Below the pieces are notes generated by a model, which was not told the origin of the DNA, searched no databases, and saw only the letters and a program-made list of their open reading frames with translations. DNA of 64,000 nt from Ruditapes philippinarum (lineage: Eukaryota). Positions 55,863-64,000 of this stretch are shown in pieces (positions within the stretch are counted from its first letter, which is position 1; every line of letters starts with the position of its first letter). The position numbers and the translations under genes are program-made. Location: assembly GCF_026571515.1 (NCBI RefSeq), contig NW_026855421.1, positions 1 to 64,000 on the forward strand, given 5' to 3'.

Positions 55863-58800
55863 AAGTAAATTCGTAATTGGTACTATTCCAATGTGTATTT
55901 TTTATAAGTAGTGGTGTATTTTGTAGTCTTGCTCTAACGATTTAACACATTTTAGAATGAGTAAATAAGTACAGCGGCTTTAGTTATAACCAAAGAAAAT
56001 CAAATTTATTGGTCAATTGTCACTTTCGTTTGATGACATTTGCGAATGAAATAGAGTATAATGGCAATATTTCTTTATTCATTTAAAATAACAACAGACA
56101 ATACTGTCTTAAGTAGATGTTAGGTGGTGAGGAGTGCTTAACAATGAACACTGTTTTACAATGTAAATGGCAACATATCGTGTATACTTTCAACAATGTT
56201 GTTACATTAAACATACATTGTGTATCAAAATTAAACTAAATACAAAAATTTACGAAAACCAGTACAGTGGCTTTTGTTCTTTTTACGACATACCGGTATA
56301 ATGAAAATAGCAGCTGACATACCATACTTTATCTTCACCCGAATATATATGTACACTATAATGTTCGAATATTTATCAAAACGCCTTTGTATTAACTTTA
56401 TTCATGTCTCATTATTTCCCGACTTCATCTTGTCTTCCAAATCGCCAACGAAGTGACCAACGAAGTGACCAACGAACCACACTTTACGAAAAAAACAACA
56501 TCTTCTTGGTTATTAAATGTCTTTTATGGTGGTGTTTGTTACAAATTTCTGTACAATGACATAGGAGATATGATAAATGCAATGCCATTTATAATAAGTG
56601 ACAGATATATATAAATCATTATCTTTTAGATAAAAAAATTAAGTCTTCTTGGTCTTTTGTTTCCGCATCATGTCTTACTTTGTTGTCGCAAAAAGACTAA
56701 AATACCGTTAAATATATATTAAACAAATAAATACATCCAAATTGTCTTTACAATATACATTTCCTATAATGTAAGTAAATGTTGCAACGCCAAAAATAGT
56801 GTCTTGACAAGTTAAGTGTCTATCTACGTTTCTTGACAACTCATTGAAAACTTTAGATCAATTTAATGAATCTTACAAACTGTGGTCAAATTGGAGTCGA
56901 AAATAACTGAACTGATTTTATTTTAAGAAAAGCAATATCGATCTAACTTTCTTTTTCCCCCATGTAACAATTGCAACTTGATTTCAACTTTTAAATTTAC
57001 TTGACTTTTGAAAAATATCACCCTAACATATTGGTGAGACAACATGACAGAACAATTTATTGTTTCAAAATTTACTAACTGTCGTAATGTATTTCTGGAG
57101 CGTTCTGGATGTAAAACAAAGATTTAGGTTCATGCCATGGAATACTTAATTACAAATTATGTAAATATGCATGTGCAAATGTTCCCAATATGTCGTGAGT
57201 TCAATTGTTAGTTGTCATCTCATCACAGTTTATCACCAGATGAGAATTCCCGTATATAATTGGCTGTCAATTGTATGCTGAAACTGTGATGAGATGATTT
57301 CCAATCTATAAGGCATGTTAGATATATATTTGGTACAGCAAGAATCGATGTGATTTCGGATTAAACATTGGTTAGACAGAGTGTAAAACTATAATTGGCA
57401 AAATATGATATAACTTTCAAATACAAAACAATTACGTTTAAAATAAGATTGCTATAAGTGTGTGAACAGAAAATGTATGTTTCTGATATTCAATGCTCAT
57501 GGCTCATATGATGAAGCAGAAACCTGCGATATCAAAGCATTCGTGGTTATTATATTAAAAACTGTTGGTCAGCTTTTCATTTCTATTTACAGTTTATCAT
57601 AAACCATTTATAGAGTGATAATGAAAATAATATTTTACTTCTTGACACTGCGGTTATCATTTGGTTTATCATATAAAGCACAAATCATCTGGCATTAATT
57701 CATTTTTACTTCCCTCCCGCAACATATGAACGCATTGTTCGGATATTTATCAAAATACCTACGTCTTTATGTTGTTTTAATAAAAAATCAAAATAAATCG
57801 TTATCTCCCGGTTCATCTTGTTGAGTCAATAAAAAGTCACAATCGTATCGTTCAACGAACCATGAATTAGGACTGCTTCACTGTATGAAAGACAACTAAT
57901 ATTCTAATCAATGTATTTCATTCACTGAGTTATTACAACATTGGCGGAAGTTCATATAGCAAGTGACAGATATATAAGTAAGAAATCATATCGGTCTGAC
58001 CGGTGTTAGTTGGCTATTTAACACCGAATTAGATTCTTGGAAACTTCCTTTAAAGTACTGAGTCTTTTGTTTTCCATCTTATTTTCTTTTAAGTAATCGG
58101 CAATTTCAGGAATTCTTCTAGATAGAAAATGTTTAATATGGTTAATGAAATAAAAACAGATACACATATACACAGGGAAATAGGTATCGCAACACCTGTA
58201 ATTTTTTATAACAGTGAATGGTCGTTAACATTTGCGCATCAAAATGTACAAATTGCTCATGCCAAGTAAATCTACTAGTTACAAATGTCAGCATCAAATA
58301 TATGACAACCATTATCTCTGAAAACCACACAACCACATTCATTGTTATCTTATAATGGTTAAATAAGAAAAAAAATATTCAAAATTAATTTACCGAAAAT
58401 AGTTCAGTACATTTCTTATCAGTTTGATCAATAAGGATGAACGAAAGTTTTGACGTCAGTAAACTAATAAAATACATAACTGGTTTGTCATCAAGTGCGC
58501 GTTTAAATAAATTCGGATGAACTTGTTGAAAACTAAGATTAAAAGGAGTACAAAACGTAATATATTGAAACATTTATCTAATAGTATAAAAAATTTCTTG
58601 CATTGTTCATCAATATTTAAAATGGCATTATGCCCATCAAAGTGGATTGATGCAAAGGTAAAACCCAAATTATCTTTACATTTTGCCATAATTGTATTCA
58701 ATTTTATATTTCACTTTCGATATGGCCCACGGATATTTCTATGAATACCGTTCTGGATGTACAGCCAGTATTTCTTTTTTTTTAAAAAAGAAGAGAGATC

Positions 58801-59059
58801 GTATAAAGGTAGTTTTGTATCAAACCTAAACACTTTTCATTAACAATTATTGGCCAAACAAACGGTGTCTGAAGCATCAATAAATTGGTGAAACTCTCAG
58901 CCTCAAGAAGGGTATATATTCTACTTTAGCCTGTGACTTTTGTGTTTCCATAAACTATGCTATGCTTTAAAGCATCTGCTTTTAAATGTTACAAAATCAT
59001 ATGTGTAGTCAAGCGATTAACAATTTAAAGTACTTTTCACAAGTATCTGCATCTAAAAT

Positions 59060-60058
59060 ATGGCTGGTAAACGCTCAGTTAAAAGTTATGATATACAACC
59101 TTACATAAAAGCTTAATACCAGAAACATCTGCATGATATTTGTAATATTTATGAAAACAATGAAGTATCTTATGCAGCTGTTTCGAGGAGGATACGTACA
59201 TTCAAAACTGGACAGACATCAATTACAAAAATATAAGTCTGGTAGTAAACACTCCATAGTTACTGAAAATCATTTTCAAAGACAAGCTTATCATTACCGA
59301 AGATGTGTGCAAACATTTCACATACCCAGACAGCCCATATTTTAGGAATATCAAAAGGGTCAACTTCTACGATTCTGAAGAATAATTGAACGTCATGCGA
59401 TTAGCTGCGAAGTACCCCCCTTTTACCTGAAGAAGGAGTGGGTTAAATATGCTTGAAAATTACTGATGGTTTCTTACATAAAACAGTCGCCTAATATTCT
59501 GGCTGGTGATGAAAGCTGATTTCATTATTTTACACCAGTTCATCAAATTTCGACCTCCAAAAAGTCGATCGGCCATGCATTGTCAGGCGATTGACAAGTA
59601 TAAGGAAAGTAATGTACGTTATTTTGTATACCTGTGGACCTATTGTCTTAGAGACCGTTCTATCTTAACTAAGTATTATAAGATGTAGTGTTTAGAAAAA
59701 ATGAAAAAAAACACTTCAATAATGTTTGTTCTTCGGCTGAAATGAAAGGTCTGTTTTTTTTCTGCATGAAAACGCTCCTGTACACAAAGGAGTTACTGTA
59801 ATTTTTCAAGAAAAAAGTGTCCAACCTTAACATTCACCGTATTCTCCAGACTAACCCTGTGACATTTTCCTCTTTCCTAGACTGAGAACAAGAAATTGCA
59901 GGTCATCGCAACAAAAGTGGAAATGAACTTGGGTCGGCTATTGTTCAGTTATTAAAAGTTTTACCTAAAGACAATTGTGTTGAAGCATTTAAAATTAAAA
60001 TTAATGTTTCAAACTTTGTATGTTTTTACCAGGAGATAAGTTCAAAGGGTTGAAATAG
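59060..60058 (+). pseudogene. Mariner (Tc1/mariner) transposase pseudogene
   Basis: Frameshifted fragments: MAGKRS..., EVSYAAVSRRIRTFKTGQTSI (HTH), AGDES*FHYF (~59502; TGDETW motif), LHENAPVHK (~59762; HDNA motif), HSPYSPD/PCDIFLFPRL (~59831; YSPDLAP motif), C-terminal GDKFKGLK*. Confidence 0.92.
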
Positions 60059-60778
60059 AAAATTGTAAAATATTTGCTCTCTTGTGAAATCTATTGACCA
60101 TGTTACATTACATGTTGACCGTAAGTATGTGCTTCTTTTAATATTTGTTCAAACATAAACGATCATCATGTATGTCAACTATTGCAAGCATTACAACATT
60201 GAAAATCTACAAACAAATTTAATCTGTATTGTTATAAACGACATGAGTGATATAAAACTTAACTTTTCAAAACAATTCAAATAAAGGTTCAAGACAAATG
60301 TATATAGTGTGTATTGTTTTTAAAGTTCGAAAATAAATATTTTGTCGTAGCAATCAATGTAGTGAATATGTATTTCAATATGAGTTAACTATATTCTAGT
60401 GTGGGTTTGGTGTAAACGATGTTCAAACACCTAATTCAAACAAATGTGCAATTTGCATTAGATGACCGTATAAAGCATAGTTCCAACGTGTAATAATCGG
60501 CATATTTATCAAAAGTCAGACGAGTTCATGTGATGTTTTGACTGTACTTCCCATTATATCTTTCAATATCAACAATATTCAGAAGTTTTTATAGTTTATT
60601 TATATACCAAAAGGAGGAAAATACTGAAAATAATATATCTGCGAAATCTAAACTTTGATTGAATGCTTTTATCACGCTGCTTATGCACAAGATTTTGCTA
60701 TTTGACAGATGCTGTTCTGACATAATAGTTAACACAATATCGAAAACTTACTCGTAATTTTAAATCACAAAAATATGA

Positions 60779-60960
60779 AGCTTGCATCAGACGACGTTTT
60801 TCTTCTGTTAGATTTATAGCTTGCACTAGACGACGTTTTTCATCTGTTAGATTTATAGCTTGCACGAGACGACGTTTTCTTCTGTTAGATTTATAGTTTG
60901 CACGAGAAGAGATTTTTCCTTATGTTAGATTTATAGCTTGCACTAGACAACGTTAGTTTC
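60779..60960. repeat. 38-bp minisatellite, ~4.5 copies
   Basis: Unit TTTTCTTCTGTTAGATTTATAGCTTGCACTAGACGACG. Confidence 0.9.
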
Positions 60961-61018
60961 GTAGATGTATTCTGTGGGATGTATTCTGCAGTGAATTATC
61001 ATGAAATCCTGTCTACAG

Positions 61019-61298
61019 TTATTCGCACTGTACCTCTGCTCTGGCATGTACAAAAGTTATCAGTTTCTTGCGAACGTGAAGACAGCTAGTACTGGTAAAC
61101 AGACTGACAGCCTGTCCAAGAACGATGCTGTGGCTGAATTTTGCTCTAGCAAATTCAAATTGACTTATTGTGGAGTGGAAACAATCCCCAAGCACAACAC
61201 AACCAACAGTACTACAATTGAATGATAGAGAGTAGATGTTGTAAATATTCAACAACTTCTTTCCTACTTCGTTTGATTGAATTGAATAAAGAAAAATC
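61019..61298 (-). other. Candidate exon with open frame (unknown product), copy II
   Basis: Acceptor-like CTTTGTTTTCAG, then a frame open to a TAA at the same position as in copy I. Confidence 0.25.
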
Positions 61299-62505
61299 TG
61301 AAAACAAAGTGATCCCTCGGAAGCATTAATCGCAACAAAATTACAAGATAACTGCAGTTCGGTTTGATTGAGTATGTTCATGAGGGATAATGAATACGTG
61401 CAACATCCCTTACGCCTCCTAGGAAAAACAAAACTACGAAAACACAGTAATAAATGTAAACCTCAGTAACCAGTCATCGGTCGATCATTGTCATGATAGT
61501 ATTTTACATTCTTGGAATATAACCAAGTCGTTGTTTCCTTGAGAAAGCAGCTTAAAACGCATTTATTTGAACTGGACGGTTCTGGCAACGGATTTAAGAA
61601 TATTTCACTTAGCTTGTACGTGTAAGAAACAAAATATAACTGACTATGCTTCAACAAAGACAGGCTCCAGTAGCGGGTTATTACACCTTTCTTAACGTAT
61701 ACTGATATCTGCAAATGCAGGTTGATATTTTTAATCCTCCAAAGGCGAGATATTTTATGTCTTGGTGCAATTTCTGCATAAAAGTAAACGTCTTATTCGG
61801 TAATTCGGTGTTTCAACTGAATTAGAATTTTAGTTTTGTGCAAGGATAGTCCTCGTCCTGTGGGCTCAGGCTTTAAGTACGTCCTCTCGTGCTTCTGCAG
61901 ATGTTAATGTATGTAATGAACGAGTATAGAGGCATAAACCTTCTATTTCTATTTATGTACAGATTAGAACTTGATTTTGTAATGTTTGTATTCTAAATTA
62001 TCGTAAAGTATTTTGGTTAATTTTAGTTAAATGTGATTTTCAAAACAACAAATTATGGTTATGAGCCACTTAGATATAGTCATTACTTGATTTTTTTTGT
62101 AGTTAAACCATTTTGTTAGATATAATTTCCAGAATGTTTCCATCTTTTAAGGCAACAATGCAGCGGAAGCAGAACAAGAGATACCATCCACGAAACTGGA
62201 CAAAATCGCGGTCCGGCGAAATAAAACCCTCAGGTTTGTATGTTTGAAAGATTTACTTCAATATGCAGCAGAGTAAATCTAAATTCTCATTGTATTGACA
62301 CAAATTGACATCAGCTTGATTTTAAAACGACATATGAAATGCTGTTTAATTTTATTTAAGATAACCGATTGCCAACAATGATTATTGTAGATGTCAGGCT
62401 CTCGGTAAATATTTAGACGAAGTATCATGCAATTATGGTAAAAAGAGATACTAGTGTTTCTTTCAAACCTGTCCACTTTTGTAATTTTCTATGGCTGAAA
62501 TAGAA

Positions 62506-63058
62506 GCATTTAAATATTTAATATGATTGATATGAAAAAGGTTTATTGATTTGAAATTGTATTAAATTAACATTTTTAGAAGCAATTAAAATAACGCCCA
62601 ATTAAATTACCAAGACAACAGAGAGCCAGTCTTTTTAAACAAAAGGCCTGAGAAGGTCGGGTTCAGTGCAAATCAAACTTAATACCACCCCGGAATTATG
62701 ACAACCCTTTTATTGAGATAGATTTAAAAAGCCTTGACAATAATAGTCAGAAAAGACTTCTCTTGAAATTAAGATCACTTTGGTGAACACCAATCGGCTT
62801 GAGGGTTTTATCAATGGGTAAAGGGTTCTATATTGACATATTAGTTACATCGAGTTGACTGTAAATAACTTGTAAGCGACAAAGTGACAAAAACGTCTAA
62901 TGTATGATTACCTGATTGGTTGCTGAATCTAAAACGCATGTGAAAAAAGGTGGCTAAATTTACACTTTAAAATTGAAATAATGAAACTCGCGAACTTAGC
63001 TTTGCCTTTTAAATGAGTTACTCTAATTGAACAGGGTTTTTTTCTCATTTTGGAGAGA
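62506..63058 (+). repeat. Duplicated unit A, copy 4
   Basis: Near-identical to 43315-43864. Confidence 0.9.
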
Positions 63059-64000
63059 CTGCTCCTCAAGCAAAGTTTACTGCTAAAGACATAGATAATT
63101 ATCTCACTCTCTATTTATGGAAGTGCTTAAACAAACTCTAAATTTTAACAGTTAATTACAATCAAATATGGACCGTATATTGATTTTCCTCACCCTCGTT
63201 AAATGCACAACTTCAGGGTAGGAATTTGTTTTACATAGTAATTCAAAAGTGTGATCATTGCGCAGTTTTGGAATTTTGAAATCCATACAGTAAGCAAGTC
63301 AATAAAAGCTTTATTTTAGTAAGAACACCATTTTCCAAAGATAGTTTTAGGTACATCAATTTGCATGTAGATATTTAAAGAGATGTTTAGCACTTCTTCA
63401 AAACACCTTTCCAAATCATGTTATTTTTAAAAAAATCAACCTTATTCCTCCACGCGGTATAGCTTGCATGCATTATAAATTATCTCAATTAAGGACTGCC
63501 AAGCTAGCTTACGCCTTATTAATTTAAAAAAGTGTTAACAAATACATGCATCTACGCTTTTTCTTGAGAACAAAATATGAAATAGGGGCAGATCCCTCGG
63601 AAGCGATGAAAACATCAACATTATATGAAACATGCACATTTGGATAAATTTATTCTGTTCATGAGAGATACCGTAAAAGTGCAACATCTCTCAATCCCGT
63701 AGCACCGGCTTAACCGGGCAATCTTCAATGTGTGGGACTCTTATCCTGAAAGACCAGAAAAAAACATGTAACAAACCGAAGCCATTCTACTACATAACAG
63801 CCGTATAATCGTAGTAAATGAAAGGCATGTGTTGTGTAATTAAACATTAATTTGAATTATCTGATCATTAAACTGAAATGCTGCATACAAATTTTACTAA
63901 TAGCTAAAACATGCATTTGTAGGACACTTGATCTTATTTAAAACGGAATACAAAAACAAATTTGTTACGACATAGCTTAAGTATGATGTGTTACGAAGAT

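Larger units (their letters stand above)
50978..63880 (+). repeat. Large segmental duplication, copy II
   Basis: 53470-58850 matches 32200-38290; 60047-61615 matches 38715-40040; 61620-63880 matches 42445-44690. Confidence 0.85.

Noticed and set aside
57225-57285. Hammerhead ribozyme resemblance (CAGATGAG ... GAAAC)
   Set aside because: The core reads CAGAUGA rather than CUGANGA, no copy has CUGA, and there is no room for stem I
60779-60960. CRISPR-like array or coding repeat
   Set aside because: Head-to-tail 38-bp units with no spacers, length not a multiple of 3, eukaryotic context
61001-61225. + strand 74-aa secreted-peptide-like ORF (MKSCLQLF...)
   Set aside because: The paralog has CTG instead of ATG, and most substitutions are non-synonymous in this frame; the antisense frame fits better

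Overview
AT-rich eukaryotic, essentially non-coding DNA. The repeat types resemble those I recall from bivalve molluscs (venerid-clam-like); this assignment is inference only. I could not recognise any intact protein-coding gene, and most ORF-track entries look spurious. The window has three layers. (1) Many transposon relics: non-autonomous DNA transposons with clear TIR/TSD signatures (Sola-like, Kolobok-like, IS3EU-like, Tc1/pogo-like, Crypton-like), a decayed mariner transposase at 59060-60058, a retroposon-like insertion, SINE fragments, and a duplicated ~750-bp element carrying an internal tRNA-derived segment. (2) A nested tandem segmental duplication: ~28.6-44.7 kb is re-copied at ~51.0-63.9 kb, a 2-3 kb unit is present in at least six copies of different ages, and faint paralogy extends into the first 20 kb. 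(3) Short modules retained across old and young copies: a module with GATA sites and kappaB-like sites in its three most diverged copies, two of which fold into a hairpin with a compensatory base-pair change; STAT-like GAS sites; and a candidate minus-strand exon. I cannot demonstrate a new biological system. The best leads are the repeated conserved non-coding modules and the hairpin.
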